The position numbers were made by a program, and so were the translations under genes. Positions 8,949 through 17,422 of a DNA stretch of 43,318 bases are shown one piece after another. Numbering within the stretch: the stretch's first letter is position 1; each line of letters opens with the position of its first letter. The notes beneath the pieces are model-generated. The model was given only the letters and a program-made list of their open reading frames with translations. It was not told where the DNA came from and made no database searches. The stretch is from Candidatus Woesebacteria bacterium (lineage in GTDB: Bacteria; Patescibacteriota; Microgenomatia; UBA8517; UBA10165), in contig NZCP01000040.1 in NCBI GenBank assembly GCA_002686465.1, forward strand, positions 1 through 43,318, read 5' to 3'.

Positions 8949-10249
8949 AATTATCTTCAATCTTGGGGCTGAATGCCCGTTTCCAGCTTTATGCGTTTCC
9001 ACACAATACACCGCGTGGTAAAAGCACTGCTGCCTCGAAAGTTTTTACTAAGAAAAAGTTAAACAAAGCAGGGATTCGAACACCAGAAAGCTATGCAGCT
9101 TTCAGAAAACCTAAGAATATTATTGATTTTGACTGGGGTAAGCTGCCAGCGTCGTTTGCATTTAAGCCAAGTGGGGGTTTGGGTGGTGAGGGAATAATCG
9201 TTGTTAAAAAAAGAGCGCGTGATGGTGATGGTTGGATTACAACCCAAAGAAGGAGAGTCACCATCGACGATCTTAAACTTCATGCATTGGATATTTTAGA
9301 GGGTGCATACAACGACAGCAACATTCCGGACGTTGCCTTTTTTGAGGAGTATGTAGGGCGACATAAAGCATTTCGTAAATACGCATATCGAGGCACTCCA
9401 GATATCAGGGTTGTTGTGTTTAACAACGTTCCAGTTATGGCAATGCTTAGACTTCCCACATTAGAATCTAAGGGAAGAGCAAATATTCACCAGGGGGCAA
9501 TAGGGGTTGGTATTGATATTGCAACTGGTATTACAACGCACGCAGTTTGGCATGGAGAGACCATTAAATTTAAACCTGAAACTAAACGGAAGTTGCATGG
9601 CATTAGGATTCCTGATTGGACAGAAATCTTGAAGAGTTCAGTTCATTGCCAAAAAGTATTGAAACTTGGTTATGCTGGAGTTGATGTAATGCTCCATCCG
9701 GACAAGGGACCCATGGTGTCAGAGGTGAATTCTGCACCTGGTCTTGAGATACAACTTGCAAACATGGCGGGCTTAAGAAAACGCTTGGATAGAGTCGAAG
9801 GGCTCAAGGTTAGTAGCGTCGAACAAGGGGTGCAGCTTGCCAAAACTTTATTTGCCTCAGACTTTGCAGTACGAGTTCGGGCAGAAGATGAGGGAGTTAA
9901 AGTTGTCGATGTTTTTGAAGAGGTGAAAGTAAAATCCAAAGGTGGGAAAAAAGTTGCAGTACGAGCAAAGCTTGATACTGGGGCGTGGAGGAGTGCAATC
10001 GACAAAACGTTGGCGAAAGAACTTGGGCTATTGGAAAAAGACAATGTTTTATTAACAAGGCTTGTTCGTAGCGCATTCGGAAGGCAAAAAAGGCAGGTTA
10101 TTGATATAACCTTTTGGCTAAAGGGTCGAAGGATCAGGACCACAGCAGGAGTAGTCAATAGAAAAAGACTTAAAAACTCATTTATAATTGGGCGTCGTGA
10201 CCTTGTTGACTTCTTTGTTGTCCCACAACGAAGACAACGAGCAAATTAA
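8945..10249 (+). CDS. Alpha-L-glutamate-ligase-like ATP-grasp protein (ATPgrasp_ST type) fused to a C-terminal retropepsin-like (RimB-like) protease
   Basis: ILGLNAR, FKPSGGLGGEGI, PDIRVVV, MLRLPT, GRANIHQG, GVDVM, EVNSAPGLEIQLAN; C-terminal AKLDTGAWRSAID...IIGR. Confidence 0.88.
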   Translation: MKLSSILGLNARFQLYAFPHNTPRGKSTAASKVFTKKKLNKAGIRTPESYAAFRKPKNIIDFDWGKLPASFAFKPSGGLGGEGIIVVKKRARDGDGWITTQRRRVTIDDLKLHALDILEGAYNDSNIPDVAFFEEYVGRHKAFRKYAYRGTPDIRVVVFNNVPVMAMLRLPTLESKGRANIHQGAIGVGIDIATGITTHAVWHGETIKFKPETKRKLHGIRIPDWTEILKSSVHCQKVLKLGYAGVDVMLHPDKGPMVSEVNSAPGLEIQLANMAGLRKRLDRVEGLKVSSVEQGVQLAKTLFASDFAVRVRAEDEGVKVVDVFEEVKVKSKGGKKVAVRAKLDTGAWRSAIDKTLAKELGLLEKDNVLLTRLVRSAFGRQKRQVIDITFWLKGRRIRTTAGVVNRKRLKNSFIIGRRDLVDFFVVPQRRQRAN

Positions 10250-10260
10250 TTTAAGAAGCA

Positions 10261-11187
10261 ATGATTAAAAAGAGTGCTGGCAAGATTCTTATTATTACTA
10301 GTGGAAAGGTAGAGAAGCTCGAGCTGTTTTTGGAACCTGCCAAGAAAATGGGTTTGGATTTTACAACCGCTTCCTTTTCCGATCTGGAATATGTTTCCCA
10401 GGGAAAGGACACCGACTTTAAATTACAAGTGGACGGAAAAGATGTTGCAAGTTTTAACCTCATTTATGTTCGTCTTGTTGGGAAAAGCCTAGAGGAGGCT
10501 TCACTTCTTGTTAGTTATGCGAAAGAAAAGGGTGTCAAAGTTATTGATCCAATATATGAGAAATCCCACATTTTGCCTCCTAGTATAAGCAAGGTTATGG
10601 AACTAAAGTATTTGATTCAAGCTAGTGTTCCAATTCCGCCGACGATCTTCGGCAGTCTTGCAAAAATAAAAGAAAAGGGGAAAGCTCTACTTGGCACCCC
10701 ATTTGTTATAAAGAGTACGCAAGGTAGGAGAGGGCGTGAGGTTTGGTCGCCAAAAACACATGATGAGTTTATCCGGTTGATTGAGGACTTGAGTGCGCAA
10801 GAAGAGGATGGCAAGAGATTTTTTGCGCAGAAATTTGTTGCGGCATCACAAAGAATAAGAGTTTTGGTTGTTGGTGGTAAGGCTTTGGCGGCGTTAACTA
10901 TGCCGACAAAATGGAGAAGGAGATTTATTACGAAGGTAGACGGGGAGTATCCAGAAAGGAAACAGGAAAAACTTTCGCCAATCCCGAAAGAAGACGCAGA
11001 GTTAGCACTTGCTGCTGCCCGAGCTGTTTCATTGGACATAGCAGGTGTTGATATTTTGCACGAAGATAAAAGTGACAAGCGATATGTTATTGAAGTTAAC
11101 GCTGCCCCTCGGTGGGAAGCGGTTCGAAGAGATACAGAGATTGACGTTGAAAAAGAAATTTTAGAGTTTCTCGCTAAAGTTTCATGA
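10261..11187 (+). CDS. RimK/LysX-family ATP-grasp ligase
   Basis: VPIPPT, PFVIKSTQGRRGREV, QKFV, RIRVLVVGGK, AGVDIL, IEVNAAP. Confidence 0.85.
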   Translation: MIKKSAGKILIITSGKVEKLELFLEPAKKMGLDFTTASFSDLEYVSQGKDTDFKLQVDGKDVASFNLIYVRLVGKSLEEASLLVSYAKEKGVKVIDPIYEKSHILPPSISKVMELKYLIQASVPIPPTIFGSLAKIKEKGKALLGTPFVIKSTQGRRGREVWSPKTHDEFIRLIEDLSAQEEDGKRFFAQKFVAASQRIRVLVVGGKALAALTMPTKWRRRFITKVDGEYPERKQEKLSPIPKEDAELALAAARAVSLDIAGVDILHEDKSDKRYVIEVNAAPRWEAVRRDTEIDVEKEILEFLAKVS

Positions 11188-11792
11188 TGAACAACAACTA
11201 TCAAAAAAGATTTGCAAAATACGGCGTCGACCCTAAATCTCTAAGTTGGAAAAGCAAAGGGGCTGCACATCAACGGTATCGCCAGATTTGGTCCGAGATC
11301 GACTTCAACGGAAAGAGCGTTTTAGACGTTGGCTGCGGATTTGGAGAAATTGCCACATTTTTGGACAAGAGATATAAAGGCTTTTCCTATACTGGGGTCG
11401 ATGTTATACCGGAGTTTATTTCCGAGGCAAAAAAACTCCACCCAGAACACAAATTTTTTGTCCAGGACTTTTTCAAAGAGCCTCTAGACGATAAATTCGA
11501 TGTTGTTATGGCAAGTGGGGTCTTGAATAGTAATGTTAAAGACAACATTAATTATAGAAAACGCGCGATAAAGCAAATGTTTGATCGCACAAAGAACGTC
11601 TTAGTTTTCAATATGATGGGGGGACATCCAGCGCCGAAAAATAAATCCGGGAATAACATTTGGTATGCAGATTCTTTAGAGGTTCTAAATTACTGCATGA
11701 GTTTAACGCGACGTGTCATTCTACGCCAACATTATCACCCAAGAGACTTTACGATCTTAATGTTTCAGGTGCGTGAGACAGCAACACCGTAG
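11184..11792 (+). CDS. Class I SAM-dependent methyltransferase
   Basis: SVLDVGCGFG, YTGVDV, FDVVMASGVLN. Confidence 0.9.
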   Translation: MMNNNYQKRFAKYGVDPKSLSWKSKGAAHQRYRQIWSEIDFNGKSVLDVGCGFGEIATFLDKRYKGFSYTGVDVIPEFISEAKKLHPEHKFFVQDFFKEPLDDKFDVVMASGVLNSNVKDNINYRKRAIKQMFDRTKNVLVFNMMGGHPAPKNKSGNNIWYADSLEVLNYCMSLTRRVILRQHYHPRDFTILMFQVRETATP

Positions 11793-11824
11793 TATATACT
11801 TAGTATATATCAAGTATATACTAC
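11789..11824. terminator. Inverted repeat between convergent genes; probable bidirectional terminator
   Basis: GTAGTATATACTT (11789-11801) / AAGTATATACTAC (11812-11824), perfect 13-bp stem. Confidence 0.55.
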
Positions 11825-12273
11825 TACTTTAGCTCTACCTTCGCGCCTGCTTCTTCGAGTTTCTTTTTAGCCTCAGCTGCTTCTTCGCTCTTTAAATCTT
11901 TTGCAACTTCTGCCGGAACCTTGTCAGTCATATCTTTTGCTTCTTTAAGTCCCAAATTGGGATCGATTTCTCGAAGCGCTTTAATGACCGAAATTTTATT
12001 TGCTCCTCCATCTGTTAGAACAACTGTTTGAACGGCGGCACTTGCACCTTGCTGTGCTTCGCCTCCATCTGCGGAATCAACTGGTGCTGCAGCTGCTGCT
12101 GCGGGCATAGCACTTACGCCAAGTCTTTCCTGGAGGGATGAAACCAATTCCGAAACTTCAAGAACTGAAAGCTCCTCGATCTCTTTTGCTATTTTTTCAA
12201 GCTTTGGAGAAAGACTTTTGTTTTTTTCTGCCTCGTTTTTATTATCTTTGTTTTCGTCTGTTTGATCAGTCAT
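11824..12273 (-). CDS. rplL: 50S ribosomal protein L7/L12
   Basis: [39 protein letters not shown]; SD GGAGGTGA before ATG 12273. Confidence 0.97.
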   Translation of the reverse strand: MTDQTDENKDNKNEAEKNKSLSPKLEKIAKEIEELSVLEVSELVSSLQERLGVSAMPAAAAAAPVDSADGGEAQQGASAAVQTVVLTDGGANKISVIKALREIDPNLGLKEAKDMTDKVPAEVAKDLKSEEAAEAKKKLEEAGAKVELK

Positions 12274-12294
12274 ATTACTCACCTCCTTAAGTAT

Positions 12295-12390
12295 TAGCTA
12301 ATTTAGCAAATGTAAGCAAAAAGAAAGCAAATATATCGTTTATTCGCTTTTGTTCGCTGAAATTTGTTTGGATTTGCTAGTGTTTTGTGC
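12295..12390. repeat. Inverted pair of ~10-bp periodic arrays (GCNAAT / ATTYGC) spanning the rplJ 3' end
   Basis: Left cores at 12297, 12306, 12316, 12327; right cores at 12342, 12352, 12362, 12372, 12383. Confidence 0.8.
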
Positions 12391-12897
12391 GGCAGATTGC
12401 AGCACAAAAACTAAGTTTTGCATATTTGCCTGCAAGGTTGCTACAAGGGAGTAGGCTGGACCAGCTATAGATCCCACAAGTTGTCCAAATAAGATATTTT
12501 TGGCAGGCAAGCGGGATAGTGCTAAAAGTTTCTCACCATCAAGTATTTCTGCATCAAAAATACCAAACTTCAGCTTTGGTAAGTCATTTTCCTTTTGTGC
12601 CTGACCTAAGACTTGCAAAGGTCCAATTTCGTCTTCCATAGCAAAGACCACAGCGGTTGGTCCAGTCAGTCCTTTATCTATCTTTGATTCAACCTTAACC
12701 TTTGATTTTTTTAATGCGAGCTTAACTAAGGTATTTTTAGCAACTAAAAATATTCCACCAACATCTTTGATTTTTGCCCGTAGTTCACCTAAGTTTTTTG
12801 TTGCGAGACCTTGGTAGTCCACCACGGTTACACTTTTGGCATCTTTTATTCTTGCCGTCAAGTCGTCAACTACTAATGGTTTTTCTGATTTTTTCAT
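12340..12897 (-). CDS. rplJ: 50S ribosomal protein L10
   Basis: VVDYQGL, VAKNTL, LTGPTAVVF, LSRLP; lies between rplA and rplL. Confidence 0.96.
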   Translation of the reverse strand: MKKSEKPLVVDDLTARIKDAKSVTVVDYQGLATKNLGELRAKIKDVGGIFLVAKNTLVKLALKKSKVKVESKIDKGLTGPTAVVFAMEDEIGPLQVLGQAQKENDLPKLKFGIFDAEILDGEKLLALSRLPAKNILFGQLVGSIAGPAYSLVATLQANMQNLVFVLQSAAQNTSKSKQISANKSE

Positions 12898-12934
12898 TTC
12901 TCGTCACTCCGTTACTCGAAACAAGTTTCCTAAA

Positions 12935-13068
12935 AGCAAAAAACCTCGGGTTTACCGAGGCTGTCTTTACCAAGCAACTTGTTACTTAAAACATGTTACC
13001 TGTTACTAGATTGTGCCTCGGTAGGAAATTAATCTCGGCCAATCGGCCAGAACCTACTGTCTTCGGGA
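12935..13068 (-). promoter_or_regulatory. Ribosomal protein L10 leader with terminator hairpin
   Basis: Minus strand CCGAAGACAGTAGG...TAATTTCCTACCGAGG...CCTCGG-TAAAC-CCGAGG-TTTTTT upstream of rplJ; promoter TTGCAT-18-TAGAAT at 13110-13081. Confidence 0.85.
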
Positions 13069-13116
13069 TCTTTGAGTGCAATTCTACAGCATCTACACCA
13101 GAGAATGCAATATTTA

Positions 13117-13938
13117 CTACGCTACAGCTATTTTTATTCCTGGTCCCATTGACGCAGAAATAACAGCCTTTTTTACTTTTTTGGAACCTATAGCTTCAAT
13201 CACAGCTTTTATATTTTCCGATATTTCGCGTCCTGGCTGATTTGTTTTACCAATAGTGGTATGGATTAAAGGTGCGTCTTTTTGGGTTTTTAGACTTATA
13301 GAATTACCACCAAACTTCTTTTTTGCCTGCTCCGGATTTTCTGTAATTGTTCCCTGCTTGGGGTTAGGCATAAGACCACGGGGACCCAGGGTTTTGGCAA
13401 ACGGTACCAACTTCGGCATCATTGCAGGTGACGCAAGTAAGACATCAAAGTCAATTTTCCCCTTTTTTAGTTTTTCAACTGTTTTCTCATCCGCAATTTC
13501 GATTTTCTTCTTTGTGCCTGTGGAGTGAGGGAGTTCTGTTTGTGTATTAATACCTTCCTTGCCAACAACTAAGTGCAGTTCAACAGAACCAGGGAAGGCC
13601 GAAAACGAGGTTTTCTGAACTAACGTTGCAGCCTCGGAAGGCGTGTAGGTTTTGGCAGGGTCAACCTTTGCACGAGCGGCTAGATATTTCTTGCCAACAT
13701 GCTTTGGTTCTTTAGCCTTCTTTTCTTCCTTTTCGGGTTGTGACGCTTCTGTTTCTTCCTCAACTGGTGTTTCACCACCTACAACTACAACACGTTCTCC
13801 ACCCTTGAGCCCGGGAATATGAACCCCTTTTTCCTCCCGCTGGCTTCTTTTTTTCTGCCGGCTAGCGGATTCCTTTTTTGTCTCTTGCTCGGAAGAATCT
13901 GCACCTTCATTAATTACTGTAATTTTTGTTTTACCCAT
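13117..13938 (-). CDS. rplA: 50S ribosomal protein L1 (N-terminal extension, internal deletions)
   Basis: FPGSVELH, LPHSTG, DFDVLLASP, LGPRGLMPNPKQGT, SASMGPGIKI. Confidence 0.95.
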   Translation of the reverse strand: MGKTKITVINEGADSSEQETKKESASRQKKRSQREEKGVHIPGLKGGERVVVVGGETPVEEETEASQPEKEEKKAKEPKHVGKKYLAARAKVDPAKTYTPSEAATLVQKTSFSAFPGSVELHLVVGKEGINTQTELPHSTGTKKKIEIADEKTVEKLKKGKIDFDVLLASPAMMPKLVPFAKTLGPRGLMPNPKQGTITENPEQAKKKFGGNSISLKTQKDAPLIHTTIGKTNQPGREISENIKAVIEAIGSKKVKKAVISASMGPGIKIAVA

Positions 13939-13966
13939 GTTTGTTTCTAATAAACAAGCTTTGTTT

Positions 13967-14395
13967 TTAAGCCCCTGTCTTCACTCCCATAGACCTTGCT
14001 GTTCCTTCTACAATTTTTTCTGCTGACTCGACTTTGTCTGTGTTTAAGTCGTCGAGTTTTTGCTCTGCAATTTTCTTTACTTGATCTTTGCTCAACTTCC
14101 CAACTTCTGTCTTTCCTGCCTCCCCAGATCCTTTTTCGAGATTAATCTCCTTTTTGATCATGTCCGCAACCGGTGCAAGTTTCGTTTCAAAGTCAAAAGT
14201 ACGGTCCTCATAAACTGTTATTACCACTGGGACAACGTTACCTTTTTGGTCAGCCGTCTTTTCGTTATATGCCTTAACAAAGTCCATGATAGGCAACCCA
14301 TGTTGTCCCAATGTTGGACCTAAGGGCGGAGCAGGGGTTGCCTCTCCGGCTGGGAGGTTGAGTTTAATAATAGTCTTAATTTTCTTGCTTGCCAT
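13967..14395 (-). CDS. rplK: 50S ribosomal protein L11
   Basis: [35 protein letters not shown]. Confidence 0.98.
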   Translation of the reverse strand: MASKKIKTIIKLNLPAGEATPAPPLGPTLGQHGLPIMDFVKAYNEKTADQKGNVVPVVITVYEDRTFDFETKLAPVADMIKKEINLEKGSGEAGKTEVGKLSKDQVKKIAEQKLDDLNTDKVESAEKIVEGTARSMGVKTGA

Positions 14396-14488
14396 AAATA
14401 GTCAATCTCAAGGTTCTCGCCGAAGGCGAGGTTCTTTAGATCTAAAAGATCACAAGGTTCTGCGAATAGCAGGTTCTTATTATAGTCT

Positions 14489-14713
14489 TTACTTTTTTTG
14501 TAGCCATCTTTTAATTTTGGTCCAACTAAGTCTGTTTGCTTTTTCTGCCGACATGTAACACAGTCTACGCTCAAGCCATTTTTTACCTGCCCCTGGTCCA
14601 TCAGACACAATTTTGTGTCGTCTTACTTTCATACCTATTCCTCCAACAAGAGGAGCAGAAATTAAGGGCACGCGATCTGCAGCGCGTTGTACTAGGTGCT
14701 GTTCTCTTTCCAT
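14489..14713 (-). CDS. Small basic hypothetical protein between nusG and rplK
   Basis: 74-aa ORF starting 3 nt after the nusG stop on the same strand; no recognisable motif. Confidence 0.5.
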   Translation of the reverse strand: MEREQHLVQRAADRVPLISAPLVGGIGMKVRRHKIVSDGPGAGKKWLERRLCYMSAEKANRLSWTKIKRWLQKK

Positions 14714-14716
14714 GAC

Positions 14717-15337
14717 TTATACTTTTGCAATTTGTAAGAGATCCAGCTCTACTGGAGTCTCTCGACCAAAGATGGAGACAAGAACTTTGACCTTTCCTTT
14801 TTCTTCATCTATTTCCTCAATTGTTCCTAAAAATTGAGAGAAAGGCCCATCTGTGATTTTTACTGCTTCTCCGGTAGAGAACTTTACTTTATATCGGGCG
14901 GCAGGGGCTGAGACGAACTTTTCTATATTATCAACCTCACCTGCTGAAAGCGGAGCCGGTTTGGTACCTGCGCCGACGAACCCTGTTATTCCTGTTGTTG
15001 TTCGTACTGCAAACCAAGCCTCGTCAGTGAGTATCATCCTAACAAGAAGATACCCAGGGAATATTTTTTCCTTAATTGTAAGTTTTTTGCCAGATCGGAT
15101 TATGACTCTGTCTTGAGTAGGAATCAGAATTTCCAGAACGTTTCCCTCAAGGCTCATTGTCTCGATCCTTTGCCTTAAAGACTCGGCGACTCGCGCTTCG
15201 TGGCCGCTAGTTGTGTGTACTACAAACCAAGCAGCTTTTGGGTCCTCGGATTTCGAGATGACAATGTGTCCAGACAGCTTTTTACTGCCTGAGCCTTTTT
15301 CTTCAAGTACAGCTGGTGTTTCGTTTTGATCGGACAT
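14717..15337 (-). CDS. nusG: Transcription termination/antitermination factor NusG
   Basis: WFVVHTTSGHE, KIFPGYLLV, KOW motif VKITDGPF, SIFGRETPVEL. Confidence 0.98.
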   Translation of the reverse strand: MSDQNETPAVLEEKGSGSKKLSGHIVISKSEDPKAAWFVVHTTSGHEARVAESLRQRIETMSLEGNVLEILIPTQDRVIIRSGKKLTIKEKIFPGYLLVRMILTDEAWFAVRTTTGITGFVGAGTKPAPLSAGEVDNIEKFVSAPAARYKVKFSTGEAVKITDGPFSQFLGTIEEIDEEKGKVKVLVSIFGRETPVELDLLQIAKV

Positions 15338-15340
15338 ACT

Positions 15341-15520
15341 TTACCTAATGAAATTACTCATTATGCTTGCGAATATATAATCTAATCCTCCGATGTAAAC
15401 CCCGATAAATATTGAGGCAACAATAACTAATACAGTTAACTGTATTGTTTTTTCTCTTGTGGGCCAGACAACTTTGTCAAGCTCAGCTTTAACTTCGCGC
15501 AAAAAAGAAACAGGGTTCAT
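15341..15520 (-). CDS. secE: Preprotein translocase subunit SecE
   Basis: ATG 15520: FLREVKAELDKVVWPTR plus a single TM helix, directly upstream of nusG. Confidence 0.95.
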   Translation of the reverse strand: MNPVSFLREVKAELDKVVWPTREKTIQLTVLVIVASIFIGVYIGGLDYIFASIMSNFIR

Positions 15521-15646
15521 ATACGGGAAATTTCTAAAGAATGCAAAATTGTAGCATATTTGAGCGTAGATTTCTACCGTTTGAGTTTGCAAGGCTGGAT
15601 TTTCATTGATTGAGGGAAATATGTTACTTTGGTATACTCTTTGAAA

Positions 15647-16531
15647 GTGGCTAAAGTTAGAAAAGCTGTTATTCCAATAGCTGGGCTTGGCACCAGGTTT
15701 TTGCCTCAGGCAAAAGCAATTCCCAAGGAAATGATCCCCTTGGTTGATAAACCCGTTGTGCAGAATGTTGTTGAGAGAGTGGTGGATGCCGGAATAGATC
15801 AGATAATTTTCGTCACTAGTCCGCACAAGAAGGCAATAAAAAATCACTTTGACAGGAATTTTGATTTAGAAGCAAAACTTCTTTCCAGCGGCAAAAAAGA
15901 GGAGCTTCAACAAATAAGAAAAATCTCAAAACTCGCAGAGTTTATCTATGTAGAACAGAAGGAAGCTCGTGGTAATGGTGATGCGATTCTGACTGCTGAG
16001 AAGGTTGTTGGAGATGAGCCCTTTTTTGTTACATATCCTGATGAGATTTTAGATGCGAGTCCGTCTTTGGGGAGTCAGCTCATAAAAGAATATAATCGGT
16101 CTGGCACAATCATATTGGCGGCAATCAGGAGTGATGATCCTGATGCAGCAGACAAATATGGATATGCAGCAGGGCGTGAGATACAAAAGGGGATATTAGA
16201 TGTTGAAAAGGTAGTCGAGAAGCCGGGCAAGGGAAATACTCCTTCTGATTACGTTTTGGTGGGTGGATATATTTTCACACCCGATATTTTTCCAGCTTTG
16301 CGCAAAGCTGGAAAAAAAGTTGAGGAAGGCAAAGAGCTTGTTTGGGCTGATGGAATGAATGTAGCGCTCTCAGAAGGCAAGCACGCGCGGGCCGTTATGA
16401 TTAAAGACTTCAAATATTACGACTGTGGGTCAAAGATTGGCTATTTGCAAGCAGTTGTGGAGATGGCCCTTAAAGATAAAAGGCTGGGCAGTGAATTTAG
16501 GACGTATCTCAAAAATCTTCGGTTGGAATGA
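15647..16531 (+). CDS. galU: UTP--glucose-1-phosphate uridylyltransferase
   Basis: KAVIPIAGLGTRFLP, PKEMIPLVDKP, VVEKP, YYDCGSK; likely GTG start at 15647. Confidence 0.92.
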   Translation: MAKVRKAVIPIAGLGTRFLPQAKAIPKEMIPLVDKPVVQNVVERVVDAGIDQIIFVTSPHKKAIKNHFDRNFDLEAKLLSSGKKEELQQIRKISKLAEFIYVEQKEARGNGDAILTAEKVVGDEPFFVTYPDEILDASPSLGSQLIKEYNRSGTIILAAIRSDDPDAADKYGYAAGREIQKGILDVEKVVEKPGKGNTPSDYVLVGGYIFTPDIFPALRKAGKKVEEGKELVWADGMNVALSEGKHARAVMIKDFKYYDCGSKIGYLQAVVEMALKDKRLGSEFRTYLKNLRLE

Positions 16532-16572
16532 AACTCCTCGAGTTTTCGACGAAAGCAGGAAACGTAGTATAT

Positions 16573-16767
16573 TTACTCGTCCCGCTTTTTTGCTAGCTCA
16601 CGCAAATGTCGAACTCTGTAGAGTTGTTCTTTGCGACGTTCAGACTTAGTCGTGTGTCGCTCCCGATCTTTAACTTCTAATAAAAGACCAGATTGTAGTA
16701 TTCTTTTTCGAAACCGAGCGATCAATCTGTCGGACGATTCGCCAGGCTTTGCTTTGACAACTACCAT
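16573..16767 (-). CDS. rpsU: 30S ribosomal protein S21
   Basis: GESSDRLIARFRK...GLLLEVKDRERHTTKSERR; SD-like AAAGGGGG upstream. Confidence 0.85.
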   Translation of the reverse strand: MVVVKAKPGESSDRLIARFRKRILQSGLLLEVKDRERHTTKSERRKEQLYRVRHLRELAKKRDE

Positions 16768-16847
16768 TCATATCTCAACCCCCTTTCAAATTCGGCAGAA
16801 ATTGGAGTAACTATGGGAATTATACCACATTATCACTTTAGTGATTC

Positions 16848-17008
16848 AGCAGGGGTGGAGGGAATAAGTCTACCTTTGCTTTGCAAACGATCTTGATCCT
16901 TCCACTATTTAGATGAACAAACTGCAAAAATGCAGCCTGTTTTAACTAGCAGGGGTGGAGGGAATAAGTCTACCTTTGCTTCGCAAACGATCTTGATCCC
17001 TCCACTAT
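16848..17008 (-). repeat. Two 61-bp direct repeats (59/61 identical) each carrying the 17 nt at the 3' end of the tRNA-Trp locus
   Basis: 16848-16908 and 16948-17008; GCAGGGGTGGAGGGAAT recurs at 16849, 16949 and 17049. Confidence 0.95.
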
Positions 17009-17049
17009 ATACAAATATTTCAGACACAACGGTCTGAAATATCCGTATG

Positions 17050-17120
17050 CAGGGGTGGAGGGAATCGAACCCCCGTTACCGGTTTTGGAGACCGGTGTCC
17101 TACCACTGAACGACACCCCT
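17050..17120 (-). tRNA. tRNA-Trp (CCA)
   Basis: AGGGGTG...CCGGT-CTCCAAA-ACCGG...GGTTCGATTCC...CACCCCTG cloverleaf. Confidence 0.97.
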
Positions 17121-17150
17121 AGATAAAAGTTCAAAACTCAAAAGTCAAAA

Positions 17151-17324
17151 CTATTTCAACTTCTGTCTTTCTTTATGCTCTGTTTGTTTACGACACCTTC
17201 GGCAAAACTTACGCAAGGTAAGTTTACCTTCCATGTTTGTCTTGTTTTTTTCAGTTATATAATTCTGACTTTTACAATCAGAACAAACTAATCCATAAAG
17301 TTGTCTTCCACCTCTTTTAGCCAT
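17151..17324 (-). CDS. rpmG: 50S ribosomal protein L33 (Zn-ribbon type)
   Basis: Own translation: MAKRGGRQLYGLVCSDCKSQNYITEKNKTNMEGKLTLRKFCRRCRKQTEHKERQKLK; SD AAAGGAG. Confidence 0.96.
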   Translation of the reverse strand: MAKRGGRQLYGLVCSDCKSQNYITEKNKTNMEGKLTLRKFCRRCRKQTEHKERQKLK

Positions 17325-17350
17325 TATATCTCCTTTCTATTTTGTACCTG

Positions 17351-17422
17351 AGCCTGGGGCGGGAATCGAACCCGCGACCCCATTCTTACCAAGAATGTGC
17401 TCTACCACTGAGCCACCCAGGC
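17351..17422 (-). tRNA. tRNA-Thr (GGT)
   Basis: GCCTGGG...CATTC-TTGGTAA-GAATG...GGTTCGATTCC...CCCAGGCT. Confidence 0.97.

Noticed and set aside
9670-11204. Long antisense ORFs (9670..10158, 10617..11204; likewise 33073..33579, 34731..35306)
   Set aside because: Antisense shadows of well-supported genes, with no motifs.
12680-12715. Possible 7-bp array inside rplJ (KKSKVKVESK)
   Set aside because: Periodicity too weak to separate from Lys-rich codon bias.
15521-15847. 168-aa extended SecE in the ORF track
   Set aside because: The extension is antisense to galU; the SecE motif begins at ATG 15520.
16848-17065. CRISPR array
   Set aside because: Only two full repeats of 61 bp, derived from a tRNA end; spacers are themselves hairpins; no cas genes in the window.
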